Source of the DNA: an uncultured virus (IMG/VR IMGVR_UViG_3300018080_000169)
Lineage: Duplodnaviria > Heunggongvirae > Uroviricota > Caudoviricetes
DNA length: 64,000 bases
Reading direction: 5' to 3' (one strand)
Virus record (IMG/VR): IMGVR_UViG_3300018080_000169
Position 1 is the first letter of the stretch, and each line of letters starts with the position of its first letter. This document shows positions 22,016 to 34,172 of this stretch, piece after piece. The notes under the pieces were generated by a model, which searched no databases, was not told the origin of the DNA, and saw nothing but the letters and a program-made list of their open reading frames with translations. Made by a program: the position numbers and the translations under genes.

Positions 22016-23547
22016 ATTCTTTTTTCCAATCTTCGATATATTTTTTAAGTTTATCTAAATCATTCTCATCTGATTCAGGATTAATTTTATTTTCAAGAAT
22101 TGCACTTCTTAAAAAATAAGGCAAGCCGCTTTCTTCTGGATTAAATAATCCGTCATGTAATTCTGTTGTTGAATGTGGGTCATGGTCACTACCTATGAAA
22201 ATTCCACCAAATACTTCAACAAGAGTTCTCATTATATTTTGTCCTTCTTCATCTGCCCCCATTGAAAACCACTTTGCTGGTCCTAATGCAGTTTTTGTTA
22301 TTGTTGTAAACATGCTTCTACTATTTCCATCTGGTGTTTCAAAAGAAATTGTTGAAGCTTCCATAGTATCATGGAATGTTGCTTTTACATTTTTTACATT
22401 AAGATGATTTTCTAAAACAGTTTTTACATCATCTATTTTTGTATTAGCTCTTAAATAAGCATTTGTATCTACGCCCATAATTTTGTCTCCTAAATTTTTA
22501 AAGTTTATAATTATTTTATTTCAGATTGAACAAGTTCTATTACTTTAGGGTTTGCTAAATTTAGTTCTAATGATTTTTTTTCTGCTTCTCCAAAATCTTT
22601 TGCTGTAACAAAAAATTGATAGGCATTTTTTTTAGTAGTAATTTTAAATAATTTCATAATTTAAATTTTTAAAGTTTAACAATCATTTATTATTATAACG
22701 AATTAGATTTTTAAAGTAATGAAATTTTTACATATTGTGCCAATGGCGGCGTTCATTAAAGTATTGTTTCCATCTATCTCCGCCTAAATGTGATGGTTTT
22801 CCTTTGTGATATTGCCTTTCATCTATAATTACTGAAACAGCAAAAAATAACATCACTACTATCACTCCTATTAAAATAGCAATTAGTCCATCCATAATAA
22901 TTTAAATTTTGATTATATTACTTATTTTTTATTTAATATATTATACGTAAAAAAATGAGATAAGTTACATAAAATGAGTAAATTAGATAAAAAATCCCCC
23001 GACTTGAACGCCCTTAAGCTGGTAAGTGGGGGATTAAAAAATTTAAAAAACAAAATGTCAAAAAACAAACCCTCTATTAGAGATAAATAGCAATTAATGA
23101 TTTAATCGCTGAAATGTTTTTTTACATATATTATGTTTTACGTAAAAAAAACAAAAAAGTTTCAATTTTTTTTATTTTTTTAAAAATTTTCATCTAATTC
23201 AACAATTTTATCTTCTATTTCATATAGAATTTGAGAATCATATTCTTCTGGGATTGTATCGAGAAAATTTATGATATTTTTTGCACAGCGTATAATTTCA
23301 TTAGAACTTTTTGCTCTAAGAAAATCATATTCTGTTGAAAGAACTTCCATCGCTAATGAAGGAGAATCTATCTGTTCACATAAATCTTTTATATCCTCAT
23401 AAATCCTTTTTGCATATTTTAGACTCATAATTTTTTTATTTTTAAATATAGGAAAAAAATGAAAAATCATAGAAGGATATAAAAAAAATCCCCCACTTAA
23501 ATTGAGTGGGGGATTGGGGTAAAAAGAATAGGAGAAAAAAGAAATGA

Positions 23548-24099
23548 TTATTTATCAAACAGGTGATAATCTTTTACTTCAATATCAATAATTCGTCTTT
23601 CATCAGTATCGAAATAGAACATATCGTGAGCAATTTTATTTACAGGGATATCATAGCCAAGGTGTGCACATTCTAGTATTGTATCGGAACATCGAACATT
23701 TAATAATATTTCATAGTATCCTATATTAAACATTCCTTTGTTTTCGACATCACATTTTATTTCTGCGGTACCATAAGAGATATTTTGTATAATAGGATGC
23801 AATGTACTATCTATTTTGATATATGTAATACCTTTAATAATGGTGAATGTATTTCCACGGAATCCTATTACAGTATCATTATCTGGGACAATATCTTCAA
23901 GTTCTCTCATTTGAAACGCATCCAAGATGTGATGGAATACACTGTCATCAAAATATCCATATTCTTCATAATCGGATTGTTCAAAGCTTTTTATTTGCAC
24001 AGATGCTTTCAAATCTGGGTCAAATAAGAAATCTTTTTTACAACCAAAAAATATGATGATTGCTATTAAGATTGCGAGTAATAATTTAAATTTTTTCAT
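23548..24099 (-). CDS. putative lipoprotein
   Basis: Basic N-terminus, hydrophobic core, FFGC lipobox-like motif. Confidence 0.55.
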   Translation of the reverse strand: MKKFKLLLAILIAIIIFFGCKKDFLFDPDLKASVQIKSFEQSDYEEYGYFDDSVFHHILDAFQMRELEDIVPDNDTVIGFRGNTFTIIKGITYIKIDSTLHPIIQNISYGTAEIKCDVENKGMFNIGYYEILLNVRCSDTILECAHLGYDIPVNKIAHDMFYFDTDERRIIDIEVKDYHLFDK

Positions 24100-24302
24100 G
24101 ATTTATCTTTCTTTTTTATAATTGGTGCATTTGGTCTTTTTGCACATTTAATTAATTTTGTAATTTTAACTATTTTACCAGATATATCAAAGATTTTATC
24201 CTTTACTTTTAAATCTTTTGCTTTAACCCAGCCTTTATCTGTTTTAACTAAATGATTATCTGACAACATTCCTTTTTCTAATTCAATAATTGTATTTTTC
24301 AT
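24096..24302 (-). CDS. small protein resembling the N-terminal part of a Hint (intein) domain
   Basis: LVKTDKGWVKAKDLKVKDKIF...G..VKI pattern; no Cys1/Ser1. Confidence 0.4.
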   Translation of the reverse strand: MKNTIIELEKGMLSDNHLVKTDKGWVKAKDLKVKDKIFDISGKIVKITKLIKCAKRPNAPIIKKKDKS

Positions 24303-24816
24303 GATATTTTATTTATATAACGAATAAATTTCTTAAAGTAATGAAATTTTTAATATTTTTTTAAAAAATTATCTAATTTCATAAATTGGATAAATAAGAT
24401 AATCGCCAGTATATTCTAGCTCCATTCCAATATAATGGTTCATATCTTTATATCTTGGGTCTCCATGCTGGATTTCATTTCCTTTTTTATCTTTATGCTG
24501 AGTTTCATCTCTGAATGTTTTAAATCTTTTATCATTATCTAAAACTATATCATTATCTGGTCTATGACTATACTGTGCACGCCAATGAATTTCATGTAAT
24601 GCTTCGGCTTGTGTATCACATTTTGCAATCAAATCCATTTTAATATCTTTACCAGTTTTGTCGATATTAATTTTAAAGACACCATATTTAATAAAGTTAT
24701 TTAAATCAACTTTTGTATCTTTTGGAAAATATTTCTCAACCAAGAATTTTTTTCTTGCTTCAGCAGTTTCATTATCTGTTAATTTCTTTTCTGGGAGATT
24801 CTCATCTCCTTCTCTT

Positions 24817-25449
24817 TTAATAATGTCTGTCATGTTTATAATATTTTTTATAGATTTCTTGCAATTCTTTTCTCGCTCTCATAATTAAAACCTTAACTGT
24901 GTTTAAAGGTTTATTAAGCTCGAAAGCAATTTCTTCATATGCATATTCTTTAAAATATCTAAGTTCAATAACTTGTTTAAACTCTTCTTTTGTAAGTTTA
25001 TCAATAAACATATGAATTTCTTCCTTCATTTCTTTCTGGGCTATTTTTTCCATAGCTGTTTTGCAGCCACTTCTTAATTCATTTTTATATGTATCAAAAT
25101 CATTATTGTGTTTGTCTTCATCAATAGATTCGATAAATTCTTTTTGAGTTCTTAAATAATCTATGGCATGATTATGAGCAATTGTATACAGCCAAGTGCT
25201 AAATGCTTTTTTTCTAGGATTATATGTATTTAATTTTTCATATGCTTTCTGAAAAGTTTCAAATAATAAGTCCTCAGCAACCAGCTCGTCTTTTGTTAAT
25301 CTACGCATATTATTTAAAATGTTGTATTTATACTTATTTAACAATTTTGCAAATGCATTATTTTTTTCTCTTTCGTTTTTTGTTGTAAGTACAAATTCAA
25401 CTAAATTTTTATCTTCTTGAATATTAACAATTGATTTTGTTTCTAACAT
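24817..25449 (-). CDS. ECF-subfamily RNA polymerase sigma factor
   Basis: Region 2 AEDLLFETFQKAY...FSTWLYTIAHNHAIDYLR; region 4 YEEIAFELNKPLNTVKVLIMRARKEL. Confidence 0.92.
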   Translation of the reverse strand: MLETKSIVNIQEDKNLVEFVLTTKNEREKNNAFAKLLNKYKYNILNNMRRLTKDELVAEDLLFETFQKAYEKLNTYNPRKKAFSTWLYTIAHNHAIDYLRTQKEFIESIDEDKHNNDFDTYKNELRSGCKTAMEKIAQKEMKEEIHMFIDKLTKEEFKQVIELRYFKEYAYEEIAFELNKPLNTVKVLIMRARKELQEIYKKYYKHDRHY

Positions 25450-25700
25450 TTTGTTTTAAATTTTAAACTAATAATTAATTTTCAATAATAGCTAAGATAT
25501 CAGTATTCTCAGCTGTTTCTAATGCAGCATTAGCTAATACTATTACTAACATGTTATCAGAAAATTTGAATTTCTGTAACATCTGATTCCAGGAGAATAT
25601 TAAACTCATCTGGTCTAATTCTTCTATAGTTGTTAATTTTATTTTCATTGTCTTCATCTCCTTCGATGTATTTTATTTATTATTATAACGATTTATTTTT

Positions 25701-26795
25701 TTAAAGTAATGAGTTTTTTAATTTATTTATTATTTTTTCATCAAACTTTATTCTTAATAATTGAATATTATTTTTTTTACAAAAATCATTTTTTATTTTA
25801 TCTTTTTCAATTCTTAATTTTAATCCATCATCTCCACCAAAATAAGGAATAGATTTATAATGTTGTTCGCCATCATATTCAATACACATATTTTGTTTTG
25901 GCAAATAGAAATCAAATGGCAATTTATTTTTTAATTTACAACCAATAAATTTTTTTTGAGTTTCAAACATAATTCCTTTTTTTGTTAAAAAATCAAATAT
26001 CTTTTTTTCTCCTTTTGAACTTTTGCAATTTGGACACCCAACGCCAGATAAATGACTACCAGCACTTTGTTCAAATTCACCATGAATAGGACACATAATT
26101 TTTACCTTAGAATAGTGGTCCTTATAAACAACTAAAGAATAATCATATTTATTATCATGAGCCTCTTTTGCTCGTGAAATAAAAATATCAGTTGTAAGTT
26201 TTTGTGCTCCAGAACATTTTCTACAACCTTTTCCATTAAGATGACCATTTGGTTTTTGCTCCCAAATTCCATGTATAGGACATATAATTTTTATTTTGGT
26301 TCGATTATTAATATAATTTACCAAAGAATAGTCATATTTATTTCCATGAACTTTTTTGGCTTTTGCAATAAATTCTTCAGTATTACTTCTTAAACAATTT
26401 TTGAAAAAATTAATAAAACATTCTCTACATCCTTGACCAGATAAATGTTTTTCTGGCGATTGTATAAATACTCCATGTAAATTACAAACTATTTTAACTT
26501 TAATTTTGTTATTAATATAATTTACCAAAGAATAGTCATATTTATTTCCATGAATTTTTTGCGCTCTTTTAATAAATTCATTTGTAGATAATTTTTGAGT
26601 TAAACCTTTTTTTTCGTTTGCACAAATTGGACATCCACTTCCTCGTATGTGTGAATTGGCAGATTGCAAAAATTCTCCATGTATAAAACATATAATTTTT
26701 ACTTTAGAATGTGCATTTTTATAAACAGTCAAAGAATAATTATATTTGTTCCCATGAATTTTTTGTGCTCTTTCAATAAATTTTTTTGTTTTCAT
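25701..26795 (-). CDS. DUF723-repeat / Vsr-like (homing-type) endonuclease
   Basis: Four (H)(G/D)NKY(D/N)YS...C..HG...GC..C repeats; C-terminal FDFY...IEYDGEQH; likely true start at 26795 (MKTKKF). Confidence 0.75.
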   Translation of the reverse strand: MKTKKFIERAQKIHGNKYNYSLTVYKNAHSKVKIICFIHGEFLQSANSHIRGSGCPICANEKKGLTQKLSTNEFIKRAQKIHGNKYDYSLVNYINNKIKVKIVCNLHGVFIQSPEKHLSGQGCRECFINFFKNCLRSNTEEFIAKAKKVHGNKYDYSLVNYINNRTKIKIICPIHGIWEQKPNGHLNGKGCRKCSGAQKLTTDIFISRAKEAHDNKYDYSLVVYKDHYSKVKIMCPIHGEFEQSAGSHLSGVGCPNCKSSKGEKKIFDFLTKKGIMFETQKKFIGCKLKNKLPFDFYLPKQNMCIEYDGEQHYKSIPYFGGDDGLKLRIEKDKIKNDFCKKNNIQLLRIKFDEKIINKLKNSLL

Positions 26796-27087
26796 ATCAA
26801 TTTCTTTATTATAAATATAATAAAAAATATGAAAACTTCTAACTCCTATGTTAAATCCTTTTGGAGTTGGTTGTGGATAGTGTTTTGGATATGGATAATC
26901 AATTTCCCATGGGTCATCAGCGGGGAGAGTTTTTATTTCTCTCTCAGTTTCTTCATCAGGGAGAACTTCTATCTCAGGGATAACTTCTGTATCTTCATCC
27001 CCCACGCAAATCGGGAGAGTTCTCCAATTGTAGTATTCTTCAAAAGAAGAAAATTCTATATAAGAAATTCCGCTCTTTCTATATCCA

Positions 27088-28089
27088 TTATCTAATTTCA
27101 TATTTCTTTAATATTATTTCAGTTTTATCTTTTTTATTATTTAGAACATCAAAAAGTTCTACCAGTTCTTCATATTCTAAGAGGGAGAGCCTAGCTATTA
27201 CCTCTGAAATATTTTGTGTTGGCATTTGTATTGCATCCAGCAAAGTCTTCCATAATGTTGGAGACAATAAATAATGGAAAACTTCAGAATTATAATCATC
27301 AGCCTTTGCATAATAATATTTTAATTCTTTCTTAGTTAAGTCTTTAGGGATGGCCCTGCAGATTAAGTAATCGATGACACCTTTATTAACTTCATGCAAA
27401 AGAACTGGGAAATTTATTGCTTCACTTTTTATAGAAGCGTTGGGCCTATCTTGCTTCTCGAATTCAATTTTATTAATTCCTTGTGTTGTAAAATATACTA
27501 GTTCGTTCTTCCATAATTGGAAGCTAACGATTGCAATATATCTATCATAAAGGGACATTAATCTATCATCTAACTCATTAAGTTTGTCCCTAACTATATA
27601 ATGACAAGATTTCCAGACATGCATTGATGACCCATGAACTAATCCATTTAATATAATTCGCTTCTGAATTTCTCGCTCTACGTATTTTATTCTATCTGGT
27701 GCAGGTTCTTCTATGTCTTCTTGCTGAGCATCGAAATCAATGTCTTCAATACCCGATTTTAATTTTGCCTGCAGGACCAAATGCTCAGGGACATCATAGA
27801 TTTCTTTAATGGTATTTATAGCTAATCGTTCAAGCTGAGGCTTTAACCTTTTTTCAATCCTTGTTGTTATCACATATGCATTTTGAAATAAATTCAAGCA
27901 GCGTTTAAGCAAGCCGTCTTCTCCTAATTTATATTCATCTGGAAGTTTGTTCTTGAACAGTTCTTTGCATCTCGTGAATTCTTGTTGACCATATGATTGT
28001 CCATTCTTGGCATACAATTCGTTCTGAGCTAAACCAAAGGTACCATTATTGAGATGATTTATGATTGATATGTGTGGATGATATGGCAT
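27088..28089 (-). CDS. conserved-looking large-phage hypothetical protein
   Basis: 333 aa; KRIILNGLVHG and FPVLLHEVNKG motifs. Confidence 0.55.
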   Translation of the reverse strand: MPYHPHISIINHLNNGTFGLAQNELYAKNGQSYGQQEFTRCKELFKNKLPDEYKLGEDGLLKRCLNLFQNAYVITTRIEKRLKPQLERLAINTIKEIYDVPEHLVLQAKLKSGIEDIDFDAQQEDIEEPAPDRIKYVEREIQKRIILNGLVHGSSMHVWKSCHYIVRDKLNELDDRLMSLYDRYIAIVSFQLWKNELVYFTTQGINKIEFEKQDRPNASIKSEAINFPVLLHEVNKGVIDYLICRAIPKDLTKKELKYYYAKADDYNSEVFHYLLSPTLWKTLLDAIQMPTQNISEVIARLSLLEYEELVELFDVLNNKKDKTEIILKKYEIR

Positions 28090-28535
28090 TTTTATCTTAT
28101 TTTGAGTAGTCTCGCTACTTATATTTGGATTTATTTAACACTTATTTTATTATTTCAATTAAATTTAATTCTATAGCCTTATCTATTGCTATTGTATTAA
28201 TCGGAAATTCATATTTCGCATTGATTCTATCAGAGAAAATCTCATATACTTGTCCTTTACCAAAATATGTGTTCCTAATTTTTTTAATTATATAATTTCC
28301 TTTCTTCATTTTTTTGCAACCAGGTATTTTAGTTGAAGTATCATCATAAAGCAACTTGATTTTTTCATTTGCTTTTAATTTTGGAGTTTGATAAATCTTA
28401 TTATCGCCTCTTAATTCTGATATTTCGATTCCATTTAATATCATTTAACAAAATTAATTATTATTTTTTTTATTTACAAGTTTTTGCCCCCACTTAAATT
28501 TTCCTGGTCCTGCAGATTTAAGTGGGGGAGAGTTT

Positions 28536-29279
28536 TTATGCTTCTACTTTTTCTTTTTTCTTTTCTTCTTTAAAGACTTTTGGGAACATCCTTTTAACTT
28601 CACCCAATGTTAATAACTCAAATTCAGAGAATTTTTGCTCCAACAAGTGATTTCGCACAATATTATCATCAAAATTTTCTATAAGCTCGTCTTTCTCTTT
28701 TTTATTTTCTTTCTTATTATAATATTTCATGTCGTCTTTATCGACATCTTTAAGAGATTCTGGATAATAATACTTTACATACTTTCGTGCAGTTTCTGGA
28801 ATAAGTGTGGATACTTTACCATAAATTCTTCTCATAAAACAATATTTGTTTGTAATGGTGTCGATTATTGTTACACCATCATTGTTATCTCCAGCTGTAA
28901 AATTTTCTCTCATGTAAGGTTCCTCTTCATTTAAGAAATGGAATCTTTCGTATCCTTTTCCACGTGGGAAGTCATCATCAGTAACAAGAGCCATTAAAAA
29001 AGTAACAGATGCTGTGAACATATCAATTGTTCTCATTTGATAATTTAATTTTTTTCCAAACAAGTGGCTATACTCACTTTTATTTCCTGTATTAAATTTA
29101 AGAACTTTAAGTGCGTTGTACAATGCACTCATACCGTATAACCATTGATGATGGAATGCAAGCACTGTATACTTACCTCGTCCAAACATTTTAATTCCAC
29201 GTTTTTTTTCTTCACCTGACAACTCTAATGTGTCAACTGGATTTTTTGTTCTTATAAATACTTGATGTCTTTGTCCCAT
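28536..29279 (-). CDS. hypothetical protein
   Basis: 247 aa ORF followed by an inverted-repeat hairpin. Confidence 0.6.
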   Translation of the reverse strand: MGQRHQVFIRTKNPVDTLELSGEEKKRGIKMFGRGKYTVLAFHHQWLYGMSALYNALKVLKFNTGNKSEYSHLFGKKLNYQMRTIDMFTASVTFLMALVTDDDFPRGKGYERFHFLNEEEPYMRENFTAGDNNDGVTIIDTITNKYCFMRRIYGKVSTLIPETARKYVKYYYPESLKDVDKDDMKYYNKKENKKEKDELIENFDDNIVRNHLLEQKFSEFELLTLGEVKRMFPKVFKEEKKKEKVEA

Positions 29280-30392
29280 AATTATATTATTTTAATGGTT
29301 GATAATTCTAATCCTCTTTCAGATACTATAACAGATTTTGTGAAAGTTTCTGATTTCTCTGGAGCCAATCCATATGTATTAGCTGCATGCTTTAACGCTT
29401 CTGCTATGTTTTTAGCAATTTCTTTAATTTCGTTGTCATCAGAGATTGAATCCTCAAATTCAAGTTCTACGACAAATTTTACTTTTTTACTCATTTTGTT
29501 TTCTCCTTTTTTTGTTAATAAAAGCCCCCACTTAAACAGGGAGAGCTTGGTTAATAATTAAGTTTTTTTCCATATTCTTCATCGGTGATATTGCCTTCAA
29601 TAAGATTTATTTTGGTACGCAAGATTTCAGTTAGTCTGTCCACTTCATCACCATCTAATGGTTCATCAGAGCCGTCTTTATAAAACTCAATGATTTTATA
29701 AAGTTCATCTGGGAAACCGAAGTCTTCGGCTTCTGATATAAGACCAGTTGTTTGAATTTTTTCTAATTCATTCATAAAATCATTATAAAATGTTGGGGCA
29801 TCAAAAGCTATTGAAAAACAAGTGTTTTCATTATCATCTACTCCATCTTCATCAGTTTTCCATATAGACATTATGTAATTATCAGGATTTTCAATAACCC
29901 AAAAACATTCTGTTTCTTTTTTATCAGGTTTTCCTAAAAGTTCCGATAACTCATTTATGGTAGCTCCGAATTCAATACAGCTTCTGCCCATAATTTCTTT
30001 TTTTGCGTCTTTTAGTCTTTTGTACTTCATTTTGTTTTCTCCTTTTTTTAAGTTTTTGAGAGGGAGAATTGTTTATTCCCCCTATATAATCGCAAGTTTT
30101 TTAATTTCTAAATCTCCGCTGGTATAATCTGTCCCGTATTCTATTTGTTCAACTTTACCAATCATTACACCACCAGTTGATTGCACTACAACTCCATATT
30201 TTTTTGATAATATGGTAAGTTCTTTAATAAAATTATTATAATTATTTCTTATAATATTTTCATCTGCTTTTTTAATTTTCATTTTAATTTCTCCTTTTTA
30301 TTGTTATAACGAATTGATTTTTTAAAGTAACGAAGTTCACGAAGTAATAATGAAAAAGTTTATCCCCCACTCAATTTAAGTGGGGGAGAGTT

Positions 30393-31250
30393 TTATTTTT
30401 TATTTTCAATGAATTCAGTTATTTCTTTAGCTTGTTCAAAGAGTTCGCCTTCTATTGCTATTTCTTTTGCTTTTTCCAATACATATATTGGCATATCTTC
30501 ACAAATGTAATTTCTTTCAACAGCTAATTCAATCAATGTTTTTATAAAATCATTTTCTAATTCATCTTCATCAGCCTCACACAATCTATCACCAAGATAA
30601 TAGTCTTCACCACCCTGTATGTCCAAAGCTAATTTATATGCTTCTGGGCTTCCACCTTTTGGGACATTTTCTTCAATTACGTTTCCACCTTCAATTACAT
30701 ATTCAGCTAAATTGTATCCAAAATCTTCATCAGCAAATCTTATTTCAAATCTTAATTTCGGAAACTTTTGTCCCAATAAAAGCATTATTACTGTTGGATG
30801 AGACCATGCTGTTTGAAATGTTAGCCAATCATCACCAAAGTTTGCATCATAAGCGCCCCACTTTGTCCCCCAATGTTTAATCCTCCAGTCATACCAGTTA
30901 TCTGCCCCAAATTCTTTTAAATATTTATCAGATAATTCTTGGGTTAAATTTCTTGAAAAACCAAAATCTTCTTTTGCCTTTTCTTCTTTTGTTAGTTCTA
31001 TTCCAGCTTCTTTTTTTTCTGCAATTTGGCGTGTTATTAAAGCAACTTCTTTCTCCTGCTTTTCATATTCTTCTTCAGATATGATTTTCATTGGTGAACG
31101 AGTGCCTCGTAGTTCTTCTGGCATAGGCAATATATTATCAAAATCAAATATATCTTCACCTTCATAATTGGTTTTAATAAGTTTAAAGAACTTATCAATT
31201 TCTTTTTGAGTTCCGTCAATTTTGACTTCTGTTGTTACATGATTTGGCAT
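30393..31250 (-). CDS. DUF1281/YubB ferredoxin-like-domain protein
   Basis: MPN, FDF..I.PMP, WYDWR..HWGTKW, F.TAWS.P. Confidence 0.7.
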   Translation of the reverse strand: MPNHVTTEVKIDGTQKEIDKFFKLIKTNYEGEDIFDFDNILPMPEELRGTRSPMKIISEEEYEKQEKEVALITRQIAEKKEAGIELTKEEKAKEDFGFSRNLTQELSDKYLKEFGADNWYDWRIKHWGTKWGAYDANFGDDWLTFQTAWSHPTVIMLLLGQKFPKLRFEIRFADEDFGYNLAEYVIEGGNVIEENVPKGGSPEAYKLALDIQGGEDYYLGDRLCEADEDELENDFIKTLIELAVERNYICEDMPIYVLEKAKEIAIEGELFEQAKEITEFIENKK

Positions 31251-31967
31251 AATTTTTTTCTCCTTTTTTATTTATATAACGAATTAGTTTTTTAAAGTAA
31301 TGAAATAATTTTATGCTACGCTACTGACCCTGCTGTAACATTGTCGTAAGGATGGGGAGACCTATCACTTAACAACAAATTGAATAATTTTAAGAAATCA
31401 TCTTTTAATTTTTGCGGTACCTCTTCAGAAGAACGATGTCTAAAAAATACTGTAAAGGCTCCTTTCCATTCTCCAAAACTTATATATTCGCCTGTATCTT
31501 TATGTTTGAATGCCATCCCCCACGGACATTTGTATCCTTCGCCTCCTGGTGTCTCTACGACAGGGTTGTCAAATAGGCAAATAAGTCTATATAGTGCCAG
31601 GGCAGACGAGATAGATTTTGAAACTCTGGTGTAAGTTGGGTCATTAAAATAACCAAAATTTTCACGTCTATCAGGAATAAACTTTGCTTTTTTGGTTTTT
31701 CTACTTATACATAAATCGTAAGCAACATTCCCACATCCTCCACCATTTTCGTAATATTCTTCTGATTCTACAGGAATAAAAACTTCTTTTATCTTTTCTG
31801 CAGTTGAATAATCAGCTTTTCTGTCTGCAAAATATTCAGGCTGCACTAAGTATTCTCTTGTTTCCATGTTGTTTCTCCTTTTTTATTATTATAACGAATT
31901 AATTTTTTGAAGTAATGAAAAAATGCCCCCACTGAATTTAAGTGGGGGAGAATTTTAATTTTCTTCT

Positions 31968-32399
31968 TTATCTCCAAATGGCTACGACTTCATCCTCATA
32001 AACCTGTTTAACTTCTATTTGCTTTTTTTCTAAATCTATGGTATATAAATATACTATATCACCATGTATTGCTGTTGTTGGTTCATAAGCCCCAACTTTC
32101 CAAGCCATAAAATCATTTTCATCTGAGTTTTCAATAGATTCAATATCTCCATAAAGTATTCCACCCTCAAAAGAAGGTTCAGGTACCTTAAATTTAGGAA
32201 TGGTATTATATTCTATAGCTCCCAACATAATAAGCCATCCTGATGCTTGACCTATATTATTCCTTATTTTACCTTCTTTAAGCCATTCTAAAAATTTCAT
32301 TAAAGTTGGTTTTACACCTTCTGGATAGCCATCTGAATGACGATAAAAATATAATTTGCTACCTCTTTCTTTGATAATAATGTTTGCATGTGTTGACAT
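31968..32399 (-). CDS. conserved phage hypothetical protein
   Basis: MST.A.I...Y.HSDGYP motif. Confidence 0.55.
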   Translation of the reverse strand: MSTHANIIIKERGSKLYFYRHSDGYPEGVKPTLMKFLEWLKEGKIRNNIGQASGWLIMLGAIEYNTIPKFKVPEPSFEGGILYGDIESIENSDENDFMAWKVGAYEPTTAIHGDIVYLYTIDLEKKQIEVKQVYEDEVVAIWR

Positions 32400-32705
32400 A
32401 ATTTTTTCTCCTTTTTTTTATTTTTATTATTATAACGAATTAATTTTTTGAAGTAATGAATTTAAATAATTTTATAAATGGATAAATTATTATACATAAA
32501 CAACTTAACCAAAAATAAGGAAAAAATTGGTCTGGAATTTTCTCCTCATTAAACATATAATTAATAATTTTATAGTGCCACGATTCTTTCTCCAAGCGTA
32601 TTGTTGTATCAGCATTTGACACGATAATCATAAGATATATTACCGAGATTATACCTAGTATAATATACATAAGATATGCTATATAATATATTGTATCCAT
32701 ATTTT

Positions 32706-33149
32706 TTAAATGCTTTTTAAAGATTTAAGAATATTAGTTTGAGTTTTTTCACCCATTCGGGAGAGTTGTGCAATTTTACCTTCTTCACAAACTTGTCTCA
32801 AAGTTGTCAAATCAACAACACCTAATTCATCATATAATCTGAATATAGTTTTAGGCCCAACTCCATCAAGTTTAATTAGGGAGAGGATGTCAATTGGATA
32901 CTTTTTCTTTAATTGTTCAAGTTGTTTAATCTTACCAGTATTGATAAGTTCTATAACTTTCTTCTCAATTGTTGAACCAACTCCTTCTAATTCTGTAAGG
33001 GTTCCTTGTTTAGTAAGTGTTTCAATATTTTCTATTCCCGCTAAACTTTCAATAGCATTTTCATAAGCCAAGGCACGAAACTTTTCGCCAAGCATTCCCA
33101 TAAATATGCTCATCATTTTTAATGCGTTTAAAATTGTTCTATTGTCCAT
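32706..33149 (-). CDS. DNA polymerase X N-terminal (8-kDa/HhH) domains as a separate gene
   Basis: FRALAY..A, LEGVG..I..K..E...TG, LDGVGPKT...LY.ELG, GEKT..NIL. Confidence 0.8.
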   Translation of the reverse strand: MDNRTILNALKMMSIFMGMLGEKFRALAYENAIESLAGIENIETLTKQGTLTELEGVGSTIEKKVIELINTGKIKQLEQLKKKYPIDILSLIKLDGVGPKTIFRLYDELGVVDLTTLRQVCEEGKIAQLSRMGEKTQTNILKSLKSI

Positions 33150-33635
33150 TTTGTTTTAAATTTTGGTTTAACATTTATTTGATATAACGAATTAATTTTT
33201 TGAAGTAATGAATTTTGATAAACATTTTTTGCAAGTTACTTCAGATAGGTCCCCCTCGTAAACATTCAATGCTCCACCTTTATAGGTTTTCCCACACAAT
33301 GGTCTTCTGTCTTCATCTGCAATATGTTTTGCGTGATTTCTATTTGCAGATGTCCATCTACTACAGCCGATATATATTAAAATTTTTTCTTTCATAAGAG
33401 GGAGAACTATTTTTTTTATATTGATATTGTTTTTCCTAATAATAAGTCATTTAATAAAAGTCTATTCTCATTCAAATAATTTTCTTCCTCAATAAAATGT
33501 GTTCCATTTTTGCCAGACAATCTTAATTTAAGATTTATTTTATGGCAATATTTATCAAGTTTTTTACCTTCTCGTGCTAAAACTAATATTTTTTCATTAT
33601 TCCTTTTATCTATTATATATCCTGTGGTTTGCATT

Positions 33636-34172
33636 TTATTTAATTCTGTTTTCTGGTTTAACATAATCCATTCCTAAAAACTCAAAGACTTCTCTTTCTT
33701 CTACGAATGGAAATGGGTTGCTAAGTAATCTTAAAAAGCCATCAGTTTCTTTTACATATCCTGAGTTTAGATATTGGGCTTTTTGTATTTTGTCAAGTTC
33801 TTTTCCATCAACTTCATCAAGAACTTTGCGTAATGATTCTTGGTTTAATCGGTATCCTCTTTTTTTGGCAATGGCTCTCATCTTAATGTTGAACTTTTTG
33901 GAACCAATAAAATATAAGAGTGCGAAGGGGAGAGTTTCTTTTGTGGCACGAATTACATCAACCTGTTCTCCATCTATTCTATATTCTCTTTTATCGTTAC
34001 CACCTTGTATGAGTTCACCAAATGGGAGTTTGGGCATTTCCTTTCCTACATAAATTACATCTAAATCATGTAAGTCTTCTTGCTTGCCCCTTCTTGCAGA
34101 CCCAGCTAATAAAAAAGCTGAAGAGAAATGCTCTAATTTTGCGAATATGGTTAATGCTTTCTGTAAATTCAT
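33636..34172 (-). CDS. DNA polymerase X palm/thumb (nucleotidyltransferase) as a separate gene
   Basis: AGSARRGK...HDLD, VDV, LLYFIGSK.FN..MR..AK..G..LN, EREVFE.LG...V.PE.R. Confidence 0.85.
   Translation of the reverse strand: MNLQKALTIFAKLEHFSSAFLLAGSARRGKQEDLHDLDVIYVGKEMPKLPFGELIQGGNDKREYRIDGEQVDVIRATKETLPFALLYFIGSKKFNIKMRAIAKKRGYRLNQESLRKVLDEVDGKELDKIQKAQYLNSGYVKETDGFLRLLSNPFPFVEEREVFEFLGMDYVKPENRIK

Larger units (their letters stand above)
2100..23164. promoter_or_regulatory. class I ECF-sigma-type promoters, TGAAAC-N16-CGTA (8 dispersed copies)
   Basis: Exact 16-nt spacing at 2100-2125(-), 7693-7718(-), 10429-10454(-), 12814-12839(+, CGTG), 18622-18647(+), 20514-20539(-), 22944-22969(-, TGTAAC), 23139-23164(-); intergenic and mostly just upstream of co-oriented ORFs; matches the B. 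subtilis SigW consensus. Confidence 0.75.

Noticed and set aside
25701..27101. Single 466-aa protein as given in the ORF track
   Set aside because: The first ~100 aa are unrelated; the junction translates AT-rich intergenic-like sequence and a better start lies at 26795
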